DNA of 64,000 nucleotides from Acidimicrobiales bacterium (GTDB lineage: Bacteria > Actinomycetota > Acidimicrobiia > Acidimicrobiales > JBBRAZ01). The translations under genes and the position numbers were made by a program. The stretch is taken from NCBI GenBank assembly GCA_038206295.1, contig JBBRAZ010000018.1:8728-72727 (forward strand), read 5' to 3'. Under the pieces are notes generated by a model. The model was not told where the DNA came from. It searched no databases and saw nothing but the letters and a program-made list of their open reading frames with translations. Positions within the stretch are counted from its first letter, which is position 1, and the number at the start of each line of letters is the position of its first letter. Shown here piece by piece: positions 26,321 to 35,486 of this stretch.

Positions 26321-26860
26321 ATGGCTGACACCGAGACCCCCGCGGCCGACGAGGCCGACGCTCCAGCCGCGCGTCACGAGCCGGAGGTGCTCCACGGCGT
26401 GCCCGTCACGTGGTCGCGCACGCAGCGCGTCGCACATCCGGCGCGCACCGGGCTGGTCGAGCTCGTCGCGACCCTGCACGGCGAGGGCTACGAGCAGCTG
26501 GTCGACCTCACCGCGGTCGACTACCTCGTGCACCACGGCCGCACCGACCTGCCCGCGGACGTCGTCGGCGAGCGCTTCGAGGTCGTCGTCAACCTGCTGT
26601 CGCATGCTGGGCGCGCCCGCCTGCGCCTGCGCGTGCAGGTGCCCGCAGACGATCCGGTGGTGCCCACCCTCACCGGGCTGCACCCCGCCGCCGACGCGTA
26701 CGAGCGCGAGGTGTGGGATCTCTTCGGCATCCGCTTCGAGGGCCATCCGGACCCGTCGCGCATCCTGCTCCCCGAGGACTGGTCGGGCCACCCGCTGCGC
26801 AAGGACCACGCCGTCGGGCGGGTCCCGGTGCAGTTCAAGGGGGTGGCACCGTCGCGATGA
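26321..26860 (+). CDS. nuoC: NADH-quinone oxidoreductase subunit C (operon 1)
   Basis: YEREVWDLFGIRFEGHPD, LLPEDWSGHPLRKD. Confidence 0.9.
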   Translation: MADTETPAADEADAPAARHEPEVLHGVPVTWSRTQRVAHPARTGLVELVATLHGEGYEQLVDLTAVDYLVHHGRTDLPADVVGERFEVVVNLLSHAGRARLRLRVQVPADDPVVPTLTGLHPAADAYEREVWDLFGIRFEGHPDPSRILLPEDWSGHPLRKDHAVGRVPVQFKGVAPSR

Positions 26861-28125
26861 GCCGCACCCTTCCGATCGTCGATCACCTGGCGCGCCGCGA
26901 CGCGGTGCTGCGCATGACCGAGGCCGAGAGCATCGCGCCCGACGTCCCCGGTCCCGACGACGACCGCACGATGATCATGAACATGGGTCCGCAGCACCCC
27001 TCGACGCACGGCGTCCTGCGGCTCATGCTCGAGCTCGACGGCGAGGAGGTCGTGCGGTCCAAGCCGGTCATCGGCTACCTCCACACCGGCATGGAGAAGA
27101 CCGGCGAGCAGCTCTCGTACCTCCAGGGCGGCACCAACGTCACCCGCATGGACTACGCCGCGCCGCTGTTCAACGAGCTGGCCTACTCGCTCGCGGTCGA
27201 GGAGCTCCTCGGCATCGAGGTGCCCGAGCGCGCCACGTGGATCCGGATGCTGCTCACCGAGCTCAACCGCATCTCCTCGCACCTGCTGTTCCTCGCCACC
27301 AACGGCATGGACATCGGCGCGGTGTCGATGATGATCTACGGCTGGCGCGAGCGCGAGGAGGTGCTGCGCTTCTTCGAGAAGGTCACCGGCCTGCGGATGA
27401 ACCACAACTTCATCCGCCCCGGCGGCGTCGCCGCGGACCTCACCGACGGGTGGCGCGACGACGTGCAGGCGCTCCTCGATATGCTCCCGCCACGCCTCGA
27501 GGAGTACGAGATCCTCATGACCGGCCAGCCGATCTGGCGGGAGCGGTTGCAGGGCGTGGGCGTCATCAGCCCCGAGGAGGCGATCGCCCTCGGCGCCTCA
27601 GGACCGATCCTCCGCTCCACCGGCATCGCGTGGGACCTCCGCCGCGAGACGCCGTACCTGCACTACGACCAGGTCGAGTTCGACGTCATCGTCGGCACCT
27701 ACGGCGACTGCTTCGACCGCTACGCCATCCGCCTCAACGAGATCCGCGAGTCCATGCGCATCGTCGCCCAGGTGATGGAGCGCATGCCGGCGGGCGACTA
27801 CCGCGCGCAGGACAAGAAGGTCACCCCGCCCCCGCGTGCTCGCATCGACGAGTCCATGGAGGCGCTGATCCACCACTTCAAGATCTTCACCGAGGGCTTC
27901 AAGGTGCCCGAGGGCGAGGTCTACGTCGCCGTCGAGTCCCCGCGCGGCGAGCTCGGCTGCTACATCGTGAGCGACGGGTCCGCCACCCCGTACCGCATCC
28001 ACGTGCGCGCCCCCAGCTTCGCCAACCTCCAGACGCTCCCGTACCTGATGCAGGGCGGCTTCCTCGCCGATGGCGTCGCAGTCATCTCCAGCGTGGATCC
28101 GATCATGGGGGAGGTCGACCGCTGA
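26857..28125 (+). CDS. nuoD: NADH-quinone oxidoreductase subunit D (operon 1), HTG-type
   Basis: NMGPQHPSTHGVLRL, GYLHTGMEK, C-terminal DPIMGEVDR. ATGA overlap with nuoC. Confidence 0.93.
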   Translation: MSRTLPIVDHLARRDAVLRMTEAESIAPDVPGPDDDRTMIMNMGPQHPSTHGVLRLMLELDGEEVVRSKPVIGYLHTGMEKTGEQLSYLQGGTNVTRMDYAAPLFNELAYSLAVEELLGIEVPERATWIRMLLTELNRISSHLLFLATNGMDIGAVSMMIYGWREREEVLRFFEKVTGLRMNHNFIRPGGVAADLTDGWRDDVQALLDMLPPRLEEYEILMTGQPIWRERLQGVGVISPEEAIALGASGPILRSTGIAWDLRRETPYLHYDQVEFDVIVGTYGDCFDRYAIRLNEIRESMRIVAQVMERMPAGDYRAQDKKVTPPPRARIDESMEALIHHFKIFTEGFKVPEGEVYVAVESPRGELGCYIVSDGSATPYRIHVRAPSFANLQTLPYLMQGGFLADGVAVISSVDPIMGEVDR

Positions 28126-28754
28126 TGGCCCGCCTCACTCCGGAGAACGTCGCGCTCGCCCAGGAGATCATCGCCCGCTACCCGCGGCCGCGCTCGGCGC
28201 TGATCCCGCTCCTGCACCTCGCCCAGGAGCAGGACGGCTGGGTCGCCGACGATGCGATGGAGCACCTGGCAGAGCTCATCGGCATCGAGCCGGCCGAGGT
28301 GCTCGGCACCTGCTCGTTCTACGAGATGTTCAAGCGCGAGCCGGTGGGCCGCTACGTCCTGAACATCTGCACCAACATCTCGTGCCAGCTGCTCGGCGCG
28401 GAGGATCTCCTGCACCACGCCGAGCGGAGCCTCGGCGTGAAGGCCGGTGGCACGACGCCCGACGGAGCGATCACCCTCGAGGACGTCGAGTGCATCGCGG
28501 CGTGCACCGAGGCACCGTGCCTGCAGGTCAACTACCGCTACCGCTACAAGGTCGGCCCCGACGAGCTCGACGCGCTGGTCGACGACCTGCGCGCTGGTCG
28601 TCTCGACGACGAGGTCCCGCCGCACGGCACCGTTGCTCGCATCCGCCAGCACATCCCCGCCGATCGCGCGGCTGGCCCCGCGGTGCCCGGCGTCGCCGGC
28701 GAGCCGGCGTGGCTCACCTCACGCCCGAAGCCGGCCGAGGAGGCGTCGTCGTGA
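28125..28754 (+). CDS. nuoE: NADH-quinone oxidoreductase subunit E
   Basis: [2Fe-2S] ligands in CTNISCQLLG and ECIAACTEAPC. SALIPLLHLAQEQDGW. Confidence 0.92.
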   Translation: MARLTPENVALAQEIIARYPRPRSALIPLLHLAQEQDGWVADDAMEHLAELIGIEPAEVLGTCSFYEMFKREPVGRYVLNICTNISCQLLGAEDLLHHAERSLGVKAGGTTPDGAITLEDVECIAACTEAPCLQVNYRYRYKVGPDELDALVDDLRAGRLDDEVPPHGTVARIRQHIPADRAAGPAVPGVAGEPAWLTSRPKPAEEASS

Positions 28755-30079
28755 GTGAGCGCACGGTGCCGAAGATCATCACGAGCCGCTTCGTCGTGGA
28801 CGATGCCCACACCCTCGCCGGCTACGAGCGAACCGGTGGCTACCAGGGGCTGCGCGCCGCGCTCGCCCGACGCCCCGACGAGGTCGTCGAGGAGGTCAAG
28901 GCCGCCAGCCTGCTGGGCCGCGGCGGCGCCGGCTTCCCCGCCGGCGTCAAGTGGACGTTCTGCCCACCGGGTGTGTGGCCGCGCTACCTCGTGGTCAACG
29001 GCGACGAGTCCGAGCCCGGCACCTACAAGGACCGCATCCTCATGGAGCGCGATCCGCACCAGCTCATCGAGGGGATCCTCATCGCCTGCTACGCGGTCGG
29101 GTGCGCCCAGGCGTTCCTCTACTGCCGCGGCGAGATGGCGCTGGCGCAGGAGCGCCTCGCCCAGGCGCTCAACGACGCCTACGCGGCGGGCTACATCGGC
29201 AAGGGCATCTTGGGCACCGACTTCTCCGTCGACGTGGTGCTCCACTGGGGCGCCGGCGCCTACATCGTGGGCGAGGAGACCGCGCTCATCGAGTCCCTCG
29301 AGGGCAACCGGGGGATGCCGCGCCTCAAGCCGCCGTTCTTCCCCGCGGCCAAGGGCCTCTACCTCCAGCCCACCATCGTCAACAACGTCGAGACGCTGTC
29401 GAACCTCCCGTGGCTCATGACCAACGGCGCCGCCGCCTACACCGAGCTCGGCGCCGAGGGCTCGCGCGGCACCCGGATGTTCGCCGTGTCGGGCCACGTG
29501 CGCCGGCCGGGCGTGTTCGAGGTCGAGTTCGGCGTCACCACCTTCCGCGACCTCATCGTCGGCGACCAGTACTGCCGCGGCCTGCACGAGGGGCGCACGC
29601 TGAAGGCGTTCATCCCCGGCGGCGCGTCCGCGCCGTGGTTCTTCGAGGAGCACCTGGACCTGCCGCTCGAGAAGGGCACCATCGACCGCGCCGGCTCCAT
29701 GCTCGGCTCCGGCGCCATCGTGGTGATGGACGACACGACCGACGCGGTGAAGGCCTGCCACCGCGTGGTGCGGTTCTTCGCCCGGGAGTCCTGCGGGAAG
29801 TGCACGCCGTGCCGCGAGGGCACGGACTGGCTGGAGAAGATCCTTCGGCGCATCCTCGACGGGCACGGGCGCCGCAGCGACCTCGCGCTGCTCATGGACG
29901 TCGCCGACAACATCAGCCCCGGCATCACGTGGCCGCCGAAGCAGACGACGATCTGCCCGCTCGGACCCTCCGCGGTCTCGCCGATCGCGTCCGCGCTCCG
30001 GCGGTTCCGCGACGAGTTCGAGGCTGCCGTCGGTGGCACGCCGGTGCGCGTGCCCAGGCGGGAGGTGGCCCGTGGCTGA
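28751..30079 (+). CDS. nuoF: NADH-quinone oxidoreductase subunit F (NADH/FMN site)
   Basis: GRGGAGFPAGVKW, GAGAYIVGEETALIESLEG, ESCGKCTPCREG. Confidence 0.94.
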   Translation: MSERTVPKIITSRFVVDDAHTLAGYERTGGYQGLRAALARRPDEVVEEVKAASLLGRGGAGFPAGVKWTFCPPGVWPRYLVVNGDESEPGTYKDRILMERDPHQLIEGILIACYAVGCAQAFLYCRGEMALAQERLAQALNDAYAAGYIGKGILGTDFSVDVVLHWGAGAYIVGEETALIESLEGNRGMPRLKPPFFPAAKGLYLQPTIVNNVETLSNLPWLMTNGAAAYTELGAEGSRGTRMFAVSGHVRRPGVFEVEFGVTTFRDLIVGDQYCRGLHEGRTLKAFIPGGASAPWFFEEHLDLPLEKGTIDRAGSMLGSGAIVVMDDTTDAVKACHRVVRFFARESCGKCTPCREGTDWLEKILRRILDGHGRRSDLALLMDVADNISPGITWPPKQTTICPLGPSAVSPIASALRRFRDEFEAAVGGTPVRVPRREVARG

Positions 30080-32705
30080 CCTGCATGCCGCAACCGAGGT
30101 CGACGGGGTTCCACTGACCGTCAACGGCACGCCGATCGTCGCCCGCAAGGGCGAGCTGCTCATCGAGGCCGCCGCGCGCGCGGGCACCTACATCCCGCAC
30201 TTCTGCTACCACCCGCGCATGGCGCCGGTGGGCATGTGCCGCATGTGCATCGTCGAGGTCGACACCGGCCGCGGCCCCGCCCTGCAGCCGGCGTGCATGC
30301 TCGAGTGCACGCCGGACATGGTCGTGGACACCGAGTCCGAGGTGACGAAGAAGGCGCAGGACGGCGTCCTGGAGTTCCTGCTCATCAACCACCCGCTCGA
30401 CTGCCCGGTGTGCGACAAGGGCGGCGAGTGCCCGCTGCAGGACCAGACCATCGCCTACGGCCCGGGCGAGAGCCGCTTCGTCGAGGAGAAGCGGCACAAC
30501 GAGAAGCCGATCCCGGTGAGCGAGCTGGTGCTGCTCGACCGCGAGCGCTGCATCTTGTGCGACCGCTGCACGCGGTTCGCGAAGGACGTCGCCGGCGATC
30601 CGCTCATCCACTTCGTGCAGCGCGGGAGCAGCACCGAGGTGAGCACCTTCCCCGACCACCCCTTCGCCTCCTACTTCAGCGGCAACACGGTGCAGATCTG
30701 CCCGGTGGGCGCGCTCACCGCATCGCCGTACCGCTTCAAGGCGCGACCGTGGGACCTCGACCAGGTCGAGTCGACGTGCACGACGTGCGCCGTGGGCTGC
30801 CGCATCGCCACGCAGACGTCTCGCAACGAGATCCTCCGCCACCAGGGCGTCGACAGCGATCCGGTCAACTGGGGCTGGCTGTGCGACAAGGGTCGGTTCG
30901 GGTTCGAGGCGGTGCACAGCGACGACCGCCTCACCGAGCCGCTGGTGCGCCGCGGCGAGGCCCTCGAGCCGGTGCGGTGGTCCGACGCCCTCGGCGCAGT
31001 CGCGGGCGTCGTCAGCCAGGTGCTCGCCGAGCGCGGTCCGACCGCCATCGGGGTGCTCGGCGGCGCGCGGCTCACCAACGAGGACGCGTACGCGTGGGTG
31101 AAGCTCGCCAAGGGCGTGCTCGGCACCGACAACGTCGACTGCCAGCTCGGCGATGGCCTCCCCCCCGAGCTCGTGCTCGGGACTCCCCGAGCCACCATCG
31201 ACGAGGTGTGCGCCCCGGGCGGCACCGTCGTCCTGCTCGCACCGGACCTCAAGGAGGAGCTGCCGGTCCTCTACCTGCGCCTGCGCGCCGCTGCGGTCGA
31301 GCACGGGGTGCGGATCGTCGAGGTCTCCTCTCTGCCGACCGGGCTCTCGACCTACGCCGCGGCGCGAGTCGCGCCGCGCCCCGGTGAGATCGGCGAGGTG
31401 GTGGCCGCACTCGTCGCCGGTCGCACCGACCGCGAGGTCGGCGGCGTTGCGCCCGAGGCCCTCGCCGCCGCGGCCGCACTCCTCACCGAGGGGCCGGTGA
31501 CGGTCATCGCCGGCCGGCCCTCGATCGCGGAGTCGCCGGTCGCGATCGTCGACGCCGTGGCCGCCCTGCTCCACGGGATCCCAGGCACCCGCGTGCTGAG
31601 CGCCTTGCGCCGCGGGAACGTCCACGGCGCGCTCGACGCCGGCATGGCGCCCGGACTGCTGCCGGGGCGTGTCACCTTGGAGGTGGGGCGCGACCGCTTC
31701 GCCGACGCCTGGCCGACGGTGCCGGCGGGGCGTGGCCTCGGCGCAACCGACATGCTCGCTGCTGCCGCGGACGGCGAGCTCGACGTGCTCTTCCTGCTCG
31801 GCGTCGACCTCGACGACATCCCCGACCGCGACCTCGTCGCCCGTGCGCTCGCAGGTGCACGCCTGGTGGTGGCGCTCGACCAGTTCGCGAACGGCTCCTC
31901 GTCGCGCGCTGATGTGATCCTCCCGGTCGCCGGCGCCGGCGAGTGCGACGGCACCACCACCAACCTCGAGGGTCGCGTCACGCAGGTGGCCGCAGCGGTC
32001 ACGCCGCCGGGCACCGCGCAGAGCGATTGGATCGTCGCCGTCGAGCTCGCGCGCCTCCTCGGCGCGGACCTCGGCGCCACCCGTCCTGCCGACCTGTGGG
32101 CCGAGCTCGAGCACGTCGGCGCCGCGCACGGCGGCGTCACCACCGAGGTGCTTCGCTCGCCGCTGGCGGTCGACGGCATCGTCCTGCCGCTGGCAGATCC
32201 TGCGCCGTACCTCGCCGCCATGGCGACGCCGGTCTCGATCAGCAACGCAGGGGCGCCTGTCACGGCGGCGACCGACGCCGAGACGACCGACGACGACGAG
32301 GCCGTGGACGAGCCGACCACCAGCTCCGGCCCGGCGCTGCTGGTGTTCGATCCGCCTGAGGCCACGCCGCCCACGCCGGTCGACTCGTACTCGCTGCGCC
32401 TCGTCAGCGGCCGGCAGCTCTACGACGACAGCATCGTGGTCCGTCGCTCGCCGTCGCTCGCGGGCCTGCGCGCGGACACCGTCCTACGGATCAACCCGTA
32501 CGACTTCGACCGCCTCGGCGTCGGCGTCGGCGACGAGGTGCGCATCAGCACCAACCGCGGCGCGGCCACGATCGCCTGCCACCCGGACGGCGACGTGCCG
32601 CGCGGCGCGGCATCGCTGCGCTACGCGCAGCCGAACCTCGCCGTGGCAGCGCTGCTGGACGCCACCCTGCCCGTGACCGACCTGCGCGTGGAGACGGTGG
32701 GATGA
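30072..32705 (+). CDS. nuoG: NADH-quinone oxidoreductase subunit G
   Basis: CYHPRMAPVGMCRMC, HPLDCPVCDKGGECPLQD, CILCDRCTRF, CPVGAL. 877 aa. Confidence 0.93.
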   Translation: MADLHAATEVDGVPLTVNGTPIVARKGELLIEAAARAGTYIPHFCYHPRMAPVGMCRMCIVEVDTGRGPALQPACMLECTPDMVVDTESEVTKKAQDGVLEFLLINHPLDCPVCDKGGECPLQDQTIAYGPGESRFVEEKRHNEKPIPVSELVLLDRERCILCDRCTRFAKDVAGDPLIHFVQRGSSTEVSTFPDHPFASYFSGNTVQICPVGALTASPYRFKARPWDLDQVESTCTTCAVGCRIATQTSRNEILRHQGVDSDPVNWGWLCDKGRFGFEAVHSDDRLTEPLVRRGEALEPVRWSDALGAVAGVVSQVLAERGPTAIGVLGGARLTNEDAYAWVKLAKGVLGTDNVDCQLGDGLPPELVLGTPRATIDEVCAPGGTVVLLAPDLKEELPVLYLRLRAAAVEHGVRIVEVSSLPTGLSTYAAARVAPRPGEIGEVVAALVAGRTDREVGGVAPEALAAAAALLTEGPVTVIAGRPSIAESPVAIVDAVAALLHGIPGTRVLSALRRGNVHGALDAGMAPGLLPGRVTLEVGRDRFADAWPTVPAGRGLGATDMLAAAADGELDVLFLLGVDLDDIPDRDLVARALAGARLVVALDQFANGSSSRADVILPVAGAGECDGTTTNLEGRVTQVAAAVTPPGTAQSDWIVAVELARLLGADLGATRPADLWAELEHVGAAHGGVTTEVLRSPLAVDGIVLPLADPAPYLAAMATPVSISNAGAPVTAATDAETTDDDEAVDEPTTSSGPALLVFDPPEATPPTPVDSYSLRLVSGRQLYDDSIVVRRSPSLAGLRADTVLRINPYDFDRLGVGVGDEVRISTNRGAATIACHPDGDVPRGAASLRYAQPNLAVAALLDATLPVTDLRVETVG

Positions 32706-33913
32706 GCGGCGATCCGCTCCTGTCGGGGGTCGTCGACCTCGAGATCGTCCTCATCGTCGTCGGCAAGGTCGTCTTCACGTTCGCGTTCCTGATGGTCGCG
32801 GTCATGTTCATGGTGTGGTTCGAGCGCAAGGTCGTCGCCGACATGCAGAACCGCATCGGGCCGGACAAGGCCGGTCCGTGGGGCCTGCTGCAGACGCTCG
32901 CCGATGGCATCAAGCTGTTCTTCAAGGAGGACCTGATCCCCGATCGCGCCGAGCGCCGGGTGTTCATCCTCGCCCCGTACCTGGCGTTGGTGCCGGCGTT
33001 CCTGCTCTTCGCCATCGTCCCGCTGGGCGGCGACTTCAACGGCGGCGGCGCCGGCACCGTCAGCATCGCCGGCCACGACACGTTCCTCCAGGTGGCCGAT
33101 CCGCCGATCGGCATCCTGTTCGCGCTGGCGATGAGCTCCATCGCGGTCTACGGCGTGATGCTCGCGGGTTGGTCCTCGGGATCGAAGTACCCGCTGCTCG
33201 GTGCGGTGCGCGCCTCGGCCCAGATGGTCTCCTACGAGGCGGCGCTCGGCTTGTCGGTCGCGGCGGTGGTCCTGCTCGTCGGTAGCCTCTCGACGCACGA
33301 CATCGTCGCCTGGCAGGCAGGAGCGGGTCCCGGCGGCGTCCTGCCCAACTGGGGCATCTTGCGCACCGGCTTCGTGCCGTTCGCGCTGTTCCTCATCGCG
33401 GCGACCGCCGAGCTCAACCGCCCGCCGTTCGACCTGGTCGAGGCCGAGCAGGAGCTCGTCGGCGGCTTCCACACCGAGTACTCGTCGATCCGCTTCGCTC
33501 TGTTCTTCCTCGCCGAGTTCATGAACACCGTCACCATGTCGGCGATCATGGTGACCTTGTTCCTCGGTGGCCCAGCGGGTCCGATGTGGTTCGGCGTCCT
33601 GTCGCCGACGATCTGGTTCTTCGTCAAGCTGCTCTGCTTCCTGTTCGCCTTCGTGTGGTTCCGCGGCACGCTGCCGAGGTTCCGCTACGACCAGCTCATG
33701 GACCTCGGCTGGAAGGTGCTGATCCCGCTGTCGCTGGCCTGGTTCCTGCTCCTCGGTGCGATCGAGCTCGCTCGCGACGAGGGCTGGAACCCGGTGGTGG
33801 TCGTCGGCGGGGGCATCGTGGTGCTGCTCGCGGGCGCTGCGCTGCTCGGCGCGGCGGTCGACAAGGCGCGCGCCGTCGACGAAGGCGCCGAGATCGAGGA
33901 GCCGGTGCGCTGA
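32702..33913 (+). CDS. nuoH: NADH-quinone oxidoreductase subunit H (operon 1)
   Basis: GPDKAGPWGLLQTLADGIKLF, AELNRPPFDLVEAEQELVGGFHTEYS. Confidence 0.93.
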   Translation: MSGDPLLSGVVDLEIVLIVVGKVVFTFAFLMVAVMFMVWFERKVVADMQNRIGPDKAGPWGLLQTLADGIKLFFKEDLIPDRAERRVFILAPYLALVPAFLLFAIVPLGGDFNGGGAGTVSIAGHDTFLQVADPPIGILFALAMSSIAVYGVMLAGWSSGSKYPLLGAVRASAQMVSYEAALGLSVAAVVLLVGSLSTHDIVAWQAGAGPGGVLPNWGILRTGFVPFALFLIAATAELNRPPFDLVEAEQELVGGFHTEYSSIRFALFFLAEFMNTVTMSAIMVTLFLGGPAGPMWFGVLSPTIWFFVKLLCFLFAFVWFRGTLPRFRYDQLMDLGWKVLIPLSLAWFLLLGAIELARDEGWNPVVVVGGGIVVLLAGAALLGAAVDKARAVDEGAEIEEPVR

Positions 33914-34569
33914 TGGGCTACCTCGACGGATTCCGCATCACGTTCAACAAGCTCTTCGAGGAGCGCGTCACCGGTGAGTACGAGATCGGCACCGGCGAGA
34001 AGTCGCCCAAGCCCGAGCGTCTCCACGGCCGCCACGTCCTGAACCGCTACGAGGACGGGATGGAGAAGTGCATCGGCTGCGAGCTGTGCGCTGGCGTGTG
34101 CCCGGCGCGCTGCATCTACGTGCGCGGCGCCGACAACCCGATCGACGATCCGGTCTCGCCGGGTGAGCGGTTCGGCTTCGTCTACGAGATCAACTACCTC
34201 CGCTGCATCCACTGCGACCTGTGCGTGGAGGCGTGCCCGACGGAGGCCATCACCGAGTCGAAGCTCTTCGAGTTCTCGTTCCTCAACCGGGCGGACGCGA
34301 TCTACACCAAGGACGAGCTGCTCGTCGACGACGAGGGCCGACCTCGCCAGATGCCGTGGGAGGACTGGCGGCCGGGCGAGGACGAGCACACCTCCGGATG
34401 GGTGCGCGCTACCGCGCCAGCTGGCGACCACCGCTACGAGGGGCGTGTCGGCTGGTCCGGCGAGCTCGGCTACGGCGTGCGCGCGCCTGAGGCCGCCCAG
34501 ACGGAGAAGGACGCATCATCGGCGCCACCCGCGTCGAGCGCCCCAGCCGATCACGGGGGAGGGCACTGA
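33913..34569 (+). CDS. nuoI: NADH-quinone oxidoreductase subunit I (operon 1)
   Basis: CIGCELCAGVCP and CIHCDLCVEACP. ~60-aa C-terminal extension. Confidence 0.92.
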   Translation: MGYLDGFRITFNKLFEERVTGEYEIGTGEKSPKPERLHGRHVLNRYEDGMEKCIGCELCAGVCPARCIYVRGADNPIDDPVSPGERFGFVYEINYLRCIHCDLCVEACPTEAITESKLFEFSFLNRADAIYTKDELLVDDEGRPRQMPWEDWRPGEDEHTSGWVRATAPAGDHRYEGRVGWSGELGYGVRAPEAAQTEKDASSAPPASSAPADHGGGH

Positions 34570-35168
34570 TGGTCGAGCTCGTCACCTTCGCCATCGCCGG
34601 ACTCGTCGTGCTCGGGGGCGCCGTCGGCGTCATCACCAGCCGCAACCCGGTGCACGCCGCGCTCAGCCTCGTCGCCACGCTCTTCGGCATCGCGGTGCTG
34701 TTCATCGCCCAGGAGGCGCACCTGCTCGCGGCGGTGCAGGTCATCGTCTACACCGGCGCCATCGTCGTGCTGATCCTCTTCGTGATCATGCTGCTCGGCA
34801 TCGACCGGATGGAGGACGTGATGTCCGAGCCGCTGCGCGGCCAGCGCGCGCTCGCCGCGCTGCTCGGGGTCGGGCTCCTCGGCTGCTCGGGCCTGCTCGT
34901 ATGGCTGGCCGACGGCGATGCAGACCGCTTCGTGACCGGAGCGCGTGCGGCCACCGCGGCGCTGGACCAGGACGAGGCCAACATCGCGCAGGTCGGTCGC
35001 TCGCTGTTCACCGACTACGTCTTCGCCTTCGAGCTCACCGCCGCCCTGCTCACGATCGCGGTGATCGGCGCCGTGGTGCTGGCCAAGCGGCCGACCGACC
35101 TCGCGCCGCTTCCCGAGCGCCCGGTCGACCCGGCGGCAGCAGCTGACGACGAGGAGGTGGCGGGCTGA
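34569..35168 (+). CDS. nuoJ: NADH-quinone oxidoreductase subunit J (operon 1)
   Basis: Position and NuoJ-like TM pattern ([21 protein letters not shown]). Start overlaps the nuoI stop. Confidence 0.88.
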   Translation: MVELVTFAIAGLVVLGGAVGVITSRNPVHAALSLVATLFGIAVLFIAQEAHLLAAVQVIVYTGAIVVLILFVIMLLGIDRMEDVMSEPLRGQRALAALLGVGLLGCSGLLVWLADGDADRFVTGARAATAALDQDEANIAQVGRSLFTDYVFAFELTAALLTIAVIGAVVLAKRPTDLAPLPERPVDPAAAADDEEVAG

Positions 35169-35479
35169 TGGATCTCCACGTCACCCACGCCTGGTACCTG
35201 GTGCTCGGCGCGCTGCTGTTCACGCTCGGTGCCGTCGGGGTGGTGGTTCGCCGCAACCCACTCGTGATGCTGATGTGCGTCGAGCTGATGCTCAACGCCG
35301 TGAACCTGACCTTCGTGACGTTCAGCCGGATGCTGGGCGACGTCGGGGGCCAGACGATCGTGTTCTTCGTGCTGGTGGTCGCCGCCGCCGAGGTCGTGGT
35401 GGGCCTCGGCATCACCGTGGCCCTCCTGCGACGGCTCCCCGGTGCCACCGCCGACGACGTCTCGTACCTGAGGGGCTGA
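35168..35479 (+). CDS. nuoK: NADH-quinone oxidoreductase subunit K (operon 1)
   Basis: 103 aa, 3 [27 protein letters not shown]. Confidence 0.9.
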   Translation: MDLHVTHAWYLVLGALLFTLGAVGVVVRRNPLVMLMCVELMLNAVNLTFVTFSRMLGDVGGQTIVFFVLVVAAAEVVVGLGITVALLRRLPGATADDVSYLRG

Positions 35480-35486
35480 GGGAACC